IMG/VR virus record: IMGVR_UViG_3300005537_000022
Span: 1-64,000 of that record
Source of the DNA: a virus
Length of the DNA stretch: 64,000 bases
Strand: one strand, 5' to 3'
In this document: piece after piece, positions 54,902-64,000 of the stretch
How the letters are laid out: every line of letters begins with the position of its first letter
Numbering within the stretch: position 1 is the stretch's first letter
Program-made: the position numbers and the translations under genes
Notes under the pieces: generated by a model
The model's input: the letters and a program-made list of their open reading frames with translations, nothing else
What the model was told of the DNA's origin: nothing
The model's database searches: none

Positions 54902-55234
54902 ATGACCCCTTCCGAGTACGTCCACCCCGAGTCCGGCCGCCTCTACCGGGAGGGCGACCCCGCGCACCATTTCGCCCTGCTCGCCGCAGGGCTCGCAAGG
55001 GAATGCGAGACATTCCTCCGCCACTACAACGAGCGGCTCAAGAACGCGGACTACCTGGCCCAGTACCATGAATGGCCGTCCGATCCCGGCAGCATCGCAC
55101 GGTCCATGGCTCACACCATCGAGGCGCTCGACAAGGCGTACACGGCCATCACGGTCGACCGGGACCTGCACCTGTTCGGGCTCGGGAGGCAGGACGAGGA
55201 GTGGCACCGCAAGTACGGGAGACTTGAGGAGTGA
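54902..55234 (+). CDS. antisense cassette hypothetical protein
   Basis: GATGAT-N7-ATG; good codon bias. Confidence 0.6.
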   Translation: MTPSEYVHPESGRLYREGDPAHHFALLAAGLARECETFLRHYNERLKNADYLAQYHEWPSDPGSIARSMAHTIEALDKAYTAITVDRDLHLFGLGRQDEEWHRKYGRLEE

Positions 55235-55551
55235 CTGATCCCCAGGCGGCGGGCGTGTACGGGCCGCCACGCCGGCCAGAGCTCAACCGGCGGTTCCCCG
55301 CCTGCGCCTGGATCGCCCGCAGGCTCCTGGCCGAGGTGTACGGCTGCCAGCCCGGGGACCTGATTCCCGGCGAAGACGAGCTGCTCGCGCACGCCCGCAC
55401 GGTCATCGCGGCCGAGAAGGAAGCGGAGCGGACGCGACGCGGCCTTTTCAGGGTTGTCGGCGGCAAAGCGCAGTACGCGGTCGCCATGGTGCAGGAAATC
55501 GGCGGCATCTTCGACCGGGCCGATGCCGACGAAAAGGGCAGCGGGGAGTGA
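55231..55551 (+). CDS. hypothetical protein
   Basis: GTGA coupling. Confidence 0.55.
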   Translation: MTDPQAAGVYGPPRRPELNRRFPACAWIARRLLAEVYGCQPGDLIPGEDELLAHARTVIAAEKEAERTRRGLFRVVGGKAQYAVAMVQEIGGIFDRADADEKGSGE

Positions 55552-55555
55552 GCAC

Positions 55556-55804
55556 GTGAACGAGGCCGCCGGCGAGACGCCGGGCGGCGATGAGACCGTC
55601 TTCGGCGTCCCTCTGCTGGCCCTGGTGCGCAGCTTCCGGAGCGACCCGCTCGCCGCGAAGGCGTTCCTCGCCGCCGAGGGCTACCTGCTGGCCGTCGAGC
55701 GGCTGAAGACGGACCCCGGCGTGACCCTGGAGGAGGCCGCCGCGCTCAAGGCCGGCATCCACGGCACCGCCGGGGACCCTGGGCACGCGCCGCATCCGGG
55801 ATAA
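55556..55804 (+). CDS. hypothetical protein
   Basis: GGGGAG RBS; high GC3. Confidence 0.55.
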   Translation: MNEAAGETPGGDETVFGVPLLALVRSFRSDPLAAKAFLAAEGYLLAVERLKTDPGVTLEEAAALKAGIHGTAGDPGHAPHPG

Positions 55805-55812
55805 TCGCAGGC

Positions 55813-56313
55813 ATGACCGACAGTCCCGCAGAGATCCCCGCCGCCTTCAGCGGGCGGGTGAACGGCTCCCTGACTTCCGCGCAGCAGACCGCCGAGAACA
55901 CGGCCCGGATCGCCGCCCTGGTCGCCCAGATCCCCCAGGCGATCGGGATGATGCTCGCCCAGGTGGCCCGCGCCATACCCTCGGGCCACCTGTGCGCCAC
56001 GTGCCTGGCGAACAGGATCGCCTGGGAAGTGGCGAACCGTTCCCACGTCGAGGCGGCTATCGCCGGCGCGCGGGCGGCGCACGGGCTCGCTGAAGGGGAC
56101 CCGGTGCCGCCGGGGTTCGACCCGGCCCCGTTCCTGCCGGCGGACCTGCGGCCCGGCGCGGTGCGCGGCATGCCGCCGCTCACGGCCGCCATCACCACGG
56201 TCGCCGGGACCGACACCTGCTCCGAGCACATTCCCGGCCGGGCCGGGGGCCGGACGCTGCTGGTCGCCTCCGGGGCGCTGTCCCCGTCGGGGATGGCGCG
56301 CTTCGGCACCTAG
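55813..56313 (+). CDS. hypothetical protein (CxxC ... CxxH)
   Basis: GATAAT-N7-ATG; CATC and CSEH. Confidence 0.65.
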   Translation: MTDSPAEIPAAFSGRVNGSLTSAQQTAENTARIAALVAQIPQAIGMMLAQVARAIPSGHLCATCLANRIAWEVANRSHVEAAIAGARAAHGLAEGDPVPPGFDPAPFLPADLRPGAVRGMPPLTAAITTVAGTDTCSEHIPGRAGGRTLLVASGALSPSGMARFGT

Positions 56314-57116
56314 GCCGGGACTATCGCGCACCGGCAGCCGCCCGGGTGGGCCGGCGGGCACAGGTCGCCCGAAGGCCACTCGATCCCGGCGGGACGGGGA
56401 TCGGCGGCGGCATTGTCCAGGCACGCCTTGCAGGTCCGGGAGTCCTGTACGGCGGCCCACCGGAGCAGTCCCGCGCCGTTCGCCTGGTACCACTCCAGCG
56501 CGGCCAGGCCGCCCGCGACCGTGATCTGGGTGACGGCCAGCCCCTCGGCGTAAGCCCCGTCCGCCACGGCGGTCTCCAGCATGCCCGCGAGCTCGGACGC
56601 GGCCGTGTCCGGATCCCAGCCGGCGAGCACGCGGGAGACTACGTTCAGGTAGCCGTCCCCGATCGCCTGGGCGATGCCCGGCCCTTCCCCGCCGCCGGAG
56701 CCGCCGGCGAGCGAGGCGAGCAGCGCGGCCAGGCCGAGCGCCTCCGCCAGCCGCCTCGCCTTCGCCGTGTCTCCCGGGGTCCAGCCGGCCGTGTCCGCGT
56801 CGGCGCTGCCCGCCATCGCGGCCTGCGCCGACGTCCCGCCGATCGCCAGGGCGTCGGCGGCGATCCGCTCGGCCAGGTCCCCGGCCGGGACCGTGATCCC
56901 CTGCGACCGCAGCCAGGCGAGAGCCGCCGCGTTCCGCTCCCGCTTGCCGGGCGCGCTGCCGTCCTGATCCGGGTGGCCGGCCGTGTACGCGGAGGCGATG
57001 GCGTCCAGTTTCCCGCGCGAGAGCGCCTGCCGCGCCGCGGCGGTGACCTTCGGGGCCCACCAGGCGGCGGCGGCCAGGTCTAGCTTCCAGCCCGGCCAGT
57101 CACCAGGGCTTTTGGG
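56310..57116 (-). CDS. Mu gpF-like minor head protein domain, probably reached by -1 frameshift from portal
   Basis: W.A..D.RTC..C..N...PPAHP..CRC; no RBS-supported start seen; CCCAAAA at junction. Confidence 0.8.
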   Translation of the reverse strand, partial: PKSPGDWPGWKLDLAAAAWWAPKVTAAARQALSRGKLDAIASAYTAGHPDQDGSAPGKRERNAAALAWLRSQGITVPAGDLAERIAADALAIGGTSAQAAMAGSADADTAGWTPGDTAKARRLAEALGLAALLASLAGGSGGGEGPGIAQAIGDGYLNVVSRVLAGWDPDTAASELAGMLETAVADGAYAEGLAVTQITVAGGLAALEWYQANGAGLLRWAAVQDSRTCKACLDNAAADPRPAGIEWPSGDLCPPAHPGGCRCAIVPA

Positions 57117-59443
57117 ACGGGCATCGCCGCCTTCACCGCGACGGTCTCTTCCGGCTCGCAGCCCAGCAGCGGCAGCACGTCGCCGAGGGAGGCGGCCAGC
57201 TCTTCCCGCAGCATCGGGTTGCCGGGCAGGTCGCACGGGTCAGCCCACATGATCGCCTCGACGGCGTCGCCGTCCGGGTCGTCCGGGTTCGGCACCACGG
57301 CACCGCCGCGGACGGGGACCGCGGCCTCGGACTCGGTCGTCCACACGATGCCCCGGTAGATGCCGTCCCCGGCCGTCCACTCGCCCGTCACCGAGCCGGG
57401 AGGGGGAACGGCCCCGGTTTCCTCTGCCCATTCGCGCCATGCGGCGCGCAGCGGGGACTCATCGCCCTCGACGTGCCCGCCGGGGAACTCGATCTTGCCT
57501 CCGGCCGGGTCGCCGGGGTCGAGCGCCCGCTGGATCATCAGGACGCGGCCGGTGTCGGCGGCGAGGACCGCGAGGCCCGCGACCGCGACCTCGCCCGCGG
57601 CCTTGCGGACCGCGAGCCTTCCGTCGTCGTTGAGGTTGTGCGCCCAGACCCCTGGCACCGAGCGGAACTCGAAGTCCCGCCACTCGCCATCCTTGCGGCG
57701 GGCCTTCGCGAACCGGCGGAATGCCCGCATCTCCTTGAGGACGGCCGTGCTGCGGACCGCATCCGCGTCCTCGTCATCGTCGTCATCGCCGGCGAGGTCG
57801 TAGGAGTAGATCCCCGTCTCCGCGGTGATCCCCGCGGAGGCGTTCCCGGCCGGGGCCGCGCCCTCGCCTTCCTTGGCGACGGGCTGGCCGGGCCCGGCCT
57901 CGTCGGCCGGCGTCATCTTCGGCTGCGGGGGCGGCGCCGGTGGCATCGCGGACTCGCCGAACTCCCGCTCGGCCAGCGACATGACCTTGATCGGCGGGTT
58001 CGGCAGGACGCCCTCCGTGCCGCCGAAGACCGTCCGCGGCAGCTCCGCGCCTTCCTCGGGCAGCCCGTCCGCCGGGTCGACGTCGCCCGCGACGGCCAGC
58101 AGCGAGGAAACCGGGATGGGCCCGGCTCTCTCCGTGTAGATGAACCGGGGGATCGGCCGGGCGTCGGTCAGCCCGTAGCGCATCTCGCGGATCTCGGACG
58201 GGCCGATGACGCCCATCTTCATGTACTTGTCGTCGGCGTTCGCCTGGTCTACGCGGTCGTCCTGCTCCTCGCCGAGGTCGAACGCGAACTTGAGCGGAAG
58301 CTGCATGTCGTCTTGCAGGAAAGCGGTCAGGATGTCCTGCACGTGGTGGGCGAGCGGGAGGTCGCCGACGCGGTGCTGCACGTCGGCCTGCGACTCGCCG
58401 CTGCTGCGGTTCACGCTCTCGGTGAACCCGAGGTCGCTGGGGACCACGGAGTAGGCGGCGCACGTCTTGCGCATCAGGAACAAGCTGAACTTGTCGTCGA
58501 AGTCCTTCTCGCTGCTCCACGCGAACGACGAGCCGCCCGGGATCCACCGGATCTGGTGCTTGCCCTCCTGGTTGCCCAGCATGAAGCCGTCCCAGTATTC
58601 CTGGAACTGCTCGATCTGCTCCGGGGTCCAGCTTTCGGGGGCGCCCGCGAAGGCGGCGGGCAGGTTCCCGGCGGTGAACCGCTGGAGGAAGTAGAGCTGG
58701 AACCGGATGTCGGTGTTGGCGTTGAGGAGGATGTCCTCCAGCGGCGCCCGGCCGTAAGCCGAGTCGTCCTGCGGGTCGTACGGCTCGTAGATCAGGTCGT
58801 CGCGGGTCAGCCAGTCCCAGGCCAGCCCGTTGACGTACTGGACGTAGGCGGGGGCGGGAGAGTCCGGGGGGTCGCCCCAGTAGTCGAGCAGCGGCGCGAT
58901 CGTGGTGCCGTCGACGACCCTCAGGCCGACGCACCGGCCGGCCCGGTTCCGCATCCGGGCCAGGGTGCCGGCGTCGTAGGACAGTACGCCCCTCATCCAC
59001 TTGGCCAGCCACGGCTTGAACAGGGTCTTGCGGTCCGGCCGCTTCAGCGCGCGCATCCCGGCGGCGATGTCATCGGCGACGTCGCCGTCGTGGCCGTCGG
59101 CGGCGACGAGCTTCCAGTCCAGGCTGCGGAGGCTGGCGATCCTGTGGCGGATGCAGAGCTGGGCTACGTCGTAGGAGCCGATCAGGCCCTTGAGCGTCTC
59201 GAAGCTGACCCGTTCGTGGGTGCGCGGCCGGGTGGCCACGTTGTACTGCGGGACGTACTCCTTGGACCGCGGGGTGCGGGAGAACCCGTCGTACGGCGCG
59301 ATCGGCTCGCCTGGCGAGAACGGGGACGACGGGCCCATCTGGGCGCGTTCCTCGGCTGCCTCGATCGCGGGCGGGACGGAGCTGCCGAAGACCTTCGCGA
59401 CAGGCACCGGCGCGGCGGCGGCGGCGCGGGAACGGACGCTCAT
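57080..59443 (-). CDS. portal protein with C-terminal NUDIX hydrolase domain
   Basis: HK97-like portal motifs (YG..PLE, F..GN.P, V.PSDLG, EIRE..GL); Nudix box GHVEGDESPLRAAWREWAEETG. Confidence 0.9.
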   Translation of the reverse strand: MSVRSRAAAAAPVPVAKVFGSSVPPAIEAAEERAQMGPSSPFSPGEPIAPYDGFSRTPRSKEYVPQYNVATRPRTHERVSFETLKGLIGSYDVAQLCIRHRIASLRSLDWKLVAADGHDGDVADDIAAGMRALKRPDRKTLFKPWLAKWMRGVLSYDAGTLARMRNRAGRCVGLRVVDGTTIAPLLDYWGDPPDSPAPAYVQYVNGLAWDWLTRDDLIYEPYDPQDDSAYGRAPLEDILLNANTDIRFQLYFLQRFTAGNLPAAFAGAPESWTPEQIEQFQEYWDGFMLGNQEGKHQIRWIPGGSSFAWSSEKDFDDKFSLFLMRKTCAAYSVVPSDLGFTESVNRSSGESQADVQHRVGDLPLAHHVQDILTAFLQDDMQLPLKFAFDLGEEQDDRVDQANADDKYMKMGVIGPSEIREMRYGLTDARPIPRFIYTERAGPIPVSSLLAVAGDVDPADGLPEEGAELPRTVFGGTEGVLPNPPIKVMSLAEREFGESAMPPAPPPQPKMTPADEAGPGQPVAKEGEGAAPAGNASAGITAETGIYSYDLAGDDDDDEDADAVRSTAVLKEMRAFRRFAKARRKDGEWRDFEFRSVPGVWAHNLNDDGRLAVRKAAGEVAVAGLAVLAADTGRVLMIQRALDPGDPAGGKIEFPGGHVEGDESPLRAAWREWAEETGAVPPPGSVTGEWTAGDGIYRGIVWTTESEAAVPVRGGAVVPNPDDPDGDAVEAIMWADPCDLPGNPMLREELAASLGDVLPLLGCEPEETVAVKAAMPVPKALVTGRAGS

Positions 59444-59498
59444 CCGGCCGACCCCCCGCGTGCCGCGTGGCGGCGGTAGGCGTTGCCGTTCGCGCCCG

Positions 59499-59759
59499 TC
59501 ACCCTGGCGGAGGCGTCCAGCCGAGCGAGACCAGCGCGTCCCGTGTCGCGTCGGTGACCTGCACCCGCGCGCCGGGGCCGAGCAGGAGCTTCAGCGCCCC
59601 CTGGTCGACCAGGCCGAGGGTGACCACGGGCACCCCGTCAGAGGCCGCGGCGACCGACCAGGAGGAGACGGACGAGAGGGGGTGGCCGTTGACCTTGACG
59701 GCGCCCGTGAACGGCCACTGCCCGTCGACCTCGAACACCGGGGGCTGGTCGTCAGCCAA
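59499..59759 (-). CDS. hypothetical protein
   Basis: ends L..LGWTPP; GGAG RBS. Confidence 0.6.
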   Translation of the reverse strand: MADDQPPVFEVDGQWPFTGAVKVNGHPLSSVSSWSVAAASDGVPVVTLGLVDQGALKLLLGPGARVQVTDATRDALVSLGWTPPPG

Positions 59760-60150
59760 GTCGCGCTCCAGTCATGTCGTGGCGGACCATCCCGGTGGCC
59801 GCGTCCCAGGGCGCCCCGTCCCGCGAGATCACCGCAGGCGTCAGCGGCTCCGGGGCGCGGCCGGTCCGCTCGTAGAAGTCCTGCTCGGCCCCGGCCAGCA
59901 GGCCGATGTCGCGCCGTGCCTCGTCCCGCGCGGCGCCCTCGGACGGCTGCGGGAGCCCCGCCGGGCAGATGACCCGGCCGTCGGAAGCCAGGCGGAGCGG
60001 GTAGAACCAGTCCTCCCCGGCCCAGGGCTCAAGCGGGGGCGGCAGGCCGGAGCCGCGGACGACTGCCCAGCGGCAGCCGAACAGGGTAGCGGGACGCTGT
60101 TCGGGGACCGTGCGGGCGAGGGTGACGGGGCCGGGGTCGACGGAGGGCAC
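59752..60150 (-). CDS. hypothetical protein
   Basis: GAGGAGG RBS; between terL and portal. Confidence 0.55.
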   Translation of the reverse strand: MPSVDPGPVTLARTVPEQRPATLFGCRWAVVRGSGLPPPLEPWAGEDWFYPLRLASDGRVICPAGLPQPSEGAARDEARRDIGLLAGAEQDFYERTGRAPEPLTPAVISRDGAPWDAATGMVRHDMTGARLG

Positions 60151-60172
60151 AGGCGGTCGCCTCCTCGCCTGT

Positions 60173-61837
60173 CTACCGGCCTGTCATGCGCGCCCGCATC
60201 GCCGCGTCCCTCGCCAGCTTCCTCGCGGTCACCGGGTCGGGAGGGACTGGCGGTTCGGGTTCCGGGGCGTCCTCGGGGGCCGGGGCGCGGCGCGGGGACG
60301 GCGCGGGGTTCCCGGCTTCGGCCTCCGCGAGTTCGGCTTTTCTTTTCGCCCAGTTAATCCAGGCTTCAGCACCGCCGCCGACATTCAATAGCCAGTACCT
60401 CAATGCGTCCATGAGGTGGTCGGGGGCGCTGGAGTTCGCATCTTCAGGGTCGCCCCGGGTCGCGTGCGGGAGATTGGATAGTTCCCACCACGTCTTCGGC
60501 AGCGTCCGGAAGAAATGGATCATCGGGCAGGTTTCCCAGCCCATCCCCCGGTGCATCAGGCAGGCAGGGCCTTCGGCGAGGTAGGAGTGGACGCGCTGCC
60601 ACCCCGAGACCCTCGATCCCGGACCCTTGCCCGCAGGCGTCAGGTGGACGCCGTTGTCCGAGTAAATCCGGGAGATCGCCTTGGCATCGCCCCTGGTGGC
60701 AAACATCGCGTCGTCGCCGTACCGCGCCGCGATGTGCTCGGCCTCGCCCTCGGACGCGAGGATGCGCTTCGCCTGCTCCGCTTCGCCGACCTGGGTCTCG
60801 TAGATCTCGCGGTAAGCCCAGCATCTGCCGTCCTCGTCGACCGCGCCCCACAGCACAGCCCACGGTGCCGTGTAGCCCCAGTCAACCGAGCAGTACCGGC
60901 GCCACGAGGCGGGGAGCGTGAACGGGTCGACAGAGTGCCGGTCCCAGCGGAGCTCGGGGAACATCTGCCCGGCGAACTGGCCCCAGTCGCCGTCTCGCAT
61001 CGCCGCGCGACGGGCCGGGTCGGGGATGGCGTCCAGGCGGCGGAAGTACGCCTCGTCCAGGTGGGGGTTGTCGGTGGCCTTCGCGGGGATGAACCGCACC
61101 GTGAGGCCGTGGTCGTCAGTGACGACCTTGCGCCCGTGCTCCGTCGGGTCGATGTACCGGGCGCGGACCTCGCCGTGACCGGGGCCGCCCGGGTTGGACG
61201 TCGACCGGATGCCGATCACCGGGACGCCGTGCGCCGACCGGAGCCGCTCAAGCGCGATCACGTCAACGATCCCCGGGGCGAGCAGCGTGCGCTCGTCGAC
61301 GAACACGAGCTGGTACGCGCCGCCCTGGCGCCGGGACGCGTCGTCGAGCGTCTCCATGTAGCGCAGCCGGATCAGCGAACGGTTCGGGAAGGCGACTTCC
61401 TTCTCCGTCTTGTTCAGCCTGCCGCCGAGGGCCTCGCCCCAAGCGAACCGCTGGAACTCCGGGTAGATCGACTCCGCGAGCTCGTCATAGGAGCGGCGCA
61501 GGATCAGGACGCGGATTCCGGGGTACCGGGCACAGGCCCGCAGTGCCTCGGCGACGATCGCGGCCGTCTTGCCGCCGCCCGCCGATCCGCCGTACAGGAC
61601 GTCGTCCTCGGTCGCCGCATGGAACTGCTCTTGCGGGCACTGGCCGCAGGGCTCGGGAACAATCGCGTCGCCCCGCTTGCGGGCCGCCTGGCGCGGCAGG
61701 CAGATCGGCTCGTAGCCCAGCACCTTGAAGGCGTCTACATTGCGGAGCCGCTCTTCGTCGGCCGCGCGCTTGCGCTCGCGGAGCTCGGCGAGACGGCGGA
61801 GGGTGTCAGGCGACGCCAGGACGAGGGGTGCCGGCAT
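60173..61837 (-). CDS. terL: terminase large subunit
   Basis: Walker A YGGSAGGGKT, Walker B VFVDE, TSNPGG, RNase H VDWG, DHLMDALRY. Confidence 0.95.
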   Translation of the reverse strand: MPAPLVLASPDTLRRLAELRERKRAADEERLRNVDAFKVLGYEPICLPRQAARKRGDAIVPEPCGQCPQEQFHAATEDDVLYGGSAGGGKTAAIVAEALRACARYPGIRVLILRRSYDELAESIYPEFQRFAWGEALGGRLNKTEKEVAFPNRSLIRLRYMETLDDASRRQGGAYQLVFVDERTLLAPGIVDVIALERLRSAHGVPVIGIRSTSNPGGPGHGEVRARYIDPTEHGRKVVTDDHGLTVRFIPAKATDNPHLDEAYFRRLDAIPDPARRAAMRDGDWGQFAGQMFPELRWDRHSVDPFTLPASWRRYCSVDWGYTAPWAVLWGAVDEDGRCWAYREIYETQVGEAEQAKRILASEGEAEHIAARYGDDAMFATRGDAKAISRIYSDNGVHLTPAGKGPGSRVSGWQRVHSYLAEGPACLMHRGMGWETCPMIHFFRTLPKTWWELSNLPHATRGDPEDANSSAPDHLMDALRYWLLNVGGGAEAWINWAKRKAELAEAEAGNPAPSPRRAPAPEDAPEPEPPVPPDPVTARKLARDAAMRARMTGR

Positions 61838-62399
61838 CCGCCTCTCCGAGTTCGGCCGCCAGCCGGGCTATCTCGGCGTTCACCACGTCATCGGTGATGA
61901 CCTCGATGCGCGACTGGGACGGCGCGTCGTAGCCGATCATCTTCGCGCGGCGCTCGACGAGGGCACGGATCTCGCGGATCGCCGCGACGGCCGGGGCGTC
62001 GTCCATGACGTCTTCGTACAGCGGGAGGGGTGCCCCGTCGCCGTCACGCAGAACCTCGCCAGTCTCGGGATCCCGCTGCCAGCCGATCTGCTTGCCGACC
62101 ACATGCCCCTGGGAAACGGTGACGTGCGGGCGGAGCATGATGTCCCATGCCTGCTCGATGAGGCGGTCGATCCGTTCGAGGTCAAGCTGCTTGGCCTGCT
62201 TGACGTCCTCGGAGGGGATGTCGGCGTAGGCGCGCATGACCGCGTCGTGGGCCTTGCCCTTGGAGGCGAAGCCGAGCTTGTCGGCGATGCGCTGGAAGCT
62301 GTAGCCGCGGGCGCGGAGGGCGGCGGCCTCGGCGTCGCGCTTCACGCTGCTGGCGGTGCGGGCGAAGCGGCCGTTGCCGCCCCGGGTTCCCGTGGTCAT
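61806..62399 (-). CDS. terS: terminase small subunit (HTH)
   Basis: ALRARGYSFQRIADKLG, ERRAK..G.DAP; directly upstream of terL. Confidence 0.8.
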   Translation of the reverse strand: MTTGTRGGNGRFARTASSVKRDAEAAALRARGYSFQRIADKLGFASKGKAHDAVMRAYADIPSEDVKQAKQLDLERIDRLIEQAWDIMLRPHVTVSQGHVVGKQIGWQRDPETGEVLRDGDGAPLPLYEDVMDDAPAVAAIREIRALVERRAKMIGYDAPSQSRIEVITDDVVNAEIARLAAELGEADAGTPRPGVA

Positions 62400-62421
62400 G
62401 GGTTCCTCCCGTCGCCAGTGC

Positions 62422-62616
62422 TCAAGATCGCGCCCGGGACCCGGCGCCGCACGGGGCTGCCGCCGTCTTGCGCGTGATTGCCCGCGCCAGCTTCTGCGCG
62501 TGGCGGGCGGCGGAGAGCGCGTCCGGGTGGCCTGCCGTGCAGCAGGGGAAGGACTGCCCCTCGAACGGGATGATGGCGCGGTGGATGCCGTTGTCGTTTT
62601 CGACGGTGACGGTCAC
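62422..62616 (-). CDS. small hypothetical protein
   Basis: GTGA coupling. Confidence 0.45.
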   Translation of the reverse strand: MTVTVENDNGIHRAIIPFEGQSFPCCTAGHPDALSAARHAQKLARAITRKTAAAPCGAGSRARS

Positions 62617-62867
62617 GCGGCGGCGGTCGCCGGCCGGGGTACGGCCCGGCGTGCCCGGTACTTCGTCGCGTGGTCGGCCTTGGCGACCTCGACGGGGTCG
62701 AGCAGCACGGTCCTGCCCTCGCGCGCGGCGACCGGGAGCTTCTTCTTGGCGGCTCGCGGCCCGTAGCCGCGGCTGATCCACTGGGAGATCGTGTCCGGGG
62801 TGACGCCGCACAGCCGGGCCGCGGTGTCCCTGTCGATCAGGCCGTCGTCGCGGGTGATGGCCAGCAT
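62613..62867 (-). CDS. MerR-like HTH DNA-binding protein
   Basis: AARLCGVTPDTISQWISRG; GGAGGT RBS. Confidence 0.75.
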   Translation of the reverse strand: MLAITRDDGLIDRDTAARLCGVTPDTISQWISRGYGPRAAKKKLPVAAREGRTVLLDPVEVAKADHATKYRARRAVPRPATAAA

Positions 62868-62985
62868 CCGGGGCACCTCCCGGGAACTGGAAAGGCCCCG
62901 GGCCTGGCCGAAGCCTGATCCGGGGCACACGTCTCCTGGGCCTGATACTGACATGTCAGGAACGGGAGCGCAATCCGGCGCGCGG

Positions 62986-63891
62986 TCAGGCGAGGGTTTC
63001 GGGCTGCCGGCCGTCCGCCCACCGGGCGTAGCGCCTGGTCCAGTCCCGGTACCCGGCCTCGGTCATGACGTCGCCGCACTCGGCGCACACCGACCACGGA
63101 GGGTCCTGGCCGGGGTCGTCGGGCAGGTCGGCCCGGCGGAGGGCGAGCATGTCGCATTCCGGGCAGGGGACGCCGAGCAGCTCGACCGGGCGGGGCCGGG
63201 TCTCGCCGAGGGCGGCCCGTGCCATGCGGTGGAGCCAGAGGATCTCCAGTCCCGCGTCGGCGCCGCCGAGCTCGGGGCGCATGGCGGCGTAGCCGGAGCG
63301 GACGGTGCCGTCGGGGGCGGCGTCGCCGAGCATGGCGATGAGATGGTGGGCGGCGGCGCGGCGCACCGGCTCCGGCTCGAGGGCGAGCAGGGCGTCCAGG
63401 CGGGGGGACAGCACTTTCACGGCCCGGTCCACGAGCCAGCCGTCCCGGACGATCCTGCGGCCCTCGCCGTCGCGGTCGGGCAGTTCCGCGAGCGAGGCGA
63501 CGCCGGCGACGCGGTCATGCCAGGAGGCGAGGGACTCGGTGATGGCGCGCATGAGGGCCTCGGTGCCGAGGCCGAACGGGATGCGGGGGCCGAACGGGGA
63601 GCGGACCGCCGTAGTGCCCTGTCCCGGGTTCCGGAGGTCCCCGGCGAGCGCGGCGTAGTCGCGGGGCAGGGCGTCCAGGGCGGTGGCGGCCTTGCCCCGG
63701 TCGGGGTCGCAGAAGGCGCGCGGGCCGCGGAGGGGGATGCGTTCCGGCCCGTCGGGGCCGTCGGCGGTGACGGCGGACGCGCAGTGCTCCCCCAGGGCGC
63801 AGGGGCGGCCGTCCAGGGGCCTGCCGTCGCGTTCCGGATCGCCGCGGAAGCTGGTTGACGGGGGTGAATATGCCCAGGGAGGCAGTGCCAT
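62986..63891 (-). CDS. Zn-finger protein, putative late transcription regulator
   Basis: C...C..FC N-terminus, CPEC..CAECG C-terminus; usual position upstream of HTH and terminase in actinobacterial prophages. Confidence 0.65.
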   Translation of the reverse strand: MALPPWAYSPPSTSFRGDPERDGRPLDGRPCALGEHCASAVTADGPDGPERIPLRGPRAFCDPDRGKAATALDALPRDYAALAGDLRNPGQGTTAVRSPFGPRIPFGLGTEALMRAITESLASWHDRVAGVASLAELPDRDGEGRRIVRDGWLVDRAVKVLSPRLDALLALEPEPVRRAAAHHLIAMLGDAAPDGTVRSGYAAMRPELGGADAGLEILWLHRMARAALGETRPRPVELLGVPCPECDMLALRRADLPDDPGQDPPWSVCAECGDVMTEAGYRDWTRRYARWADGRQPETLA

Positions 63892-64000
63892 GCGCCCATG
63901 ATCACCTACCGGGGCATGCGGGGCGAACGAGGCGCGCGGGTCCTATCCCGTCTCGCCGAGTGAGCGCTTCAGGAACTGCTTCTTGTGCTCCTGTCCCCAC

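Overview
The whole window is part of a very high-GC temperate actinobacteriophage genome; no host housekeeping genes are present. An intact attP (3' part of tRNA-Ser(GCT) flanked by paired arm-type repeats) has phage genes on both sides, so this is the excised or virion form, not an integrated prophage. Layout: 1-15.5 kb is a rightward run of small, translationally coupled accessory genes (2 vWA, RyR, SWIM, HAD, J-domain, many Zn fingers). 15.5-18.5 kb holds an orphan FxSxx-COOH RiPP-like precursor, attP, tyrosine integrase, XRE repressor and Xis/Cro. 18.5-23 kb holds a GIY-YIG protein, a HAS/NodC-like GT2 synthase, a GH26 hydrolase and membrane proteins. 23.2-63.9 kb is a leftward siphovirus morphogenesis and lysis region (terminases, portal-NUDIX, gpF, XkdF-like protease, capsid, tail tube, chaperones, tape measure, two beta-helix tailspikes, holin-like proteins, HNH, GH25 endolysin), interrupted by small antisense, apparently leaderless cassettes. 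Top leads: the phage-borne FxsA peptide, the polysaccharide synthase/hydrolase operon, three candidate recoding sites, and an NTase-DUF6527-PLD trio in the lysis cassette. Family names come from motif recognition by eye, not database searches. Many start codons were re-called downstream of the ORF-track starts using RBS or stop-start overlaps.
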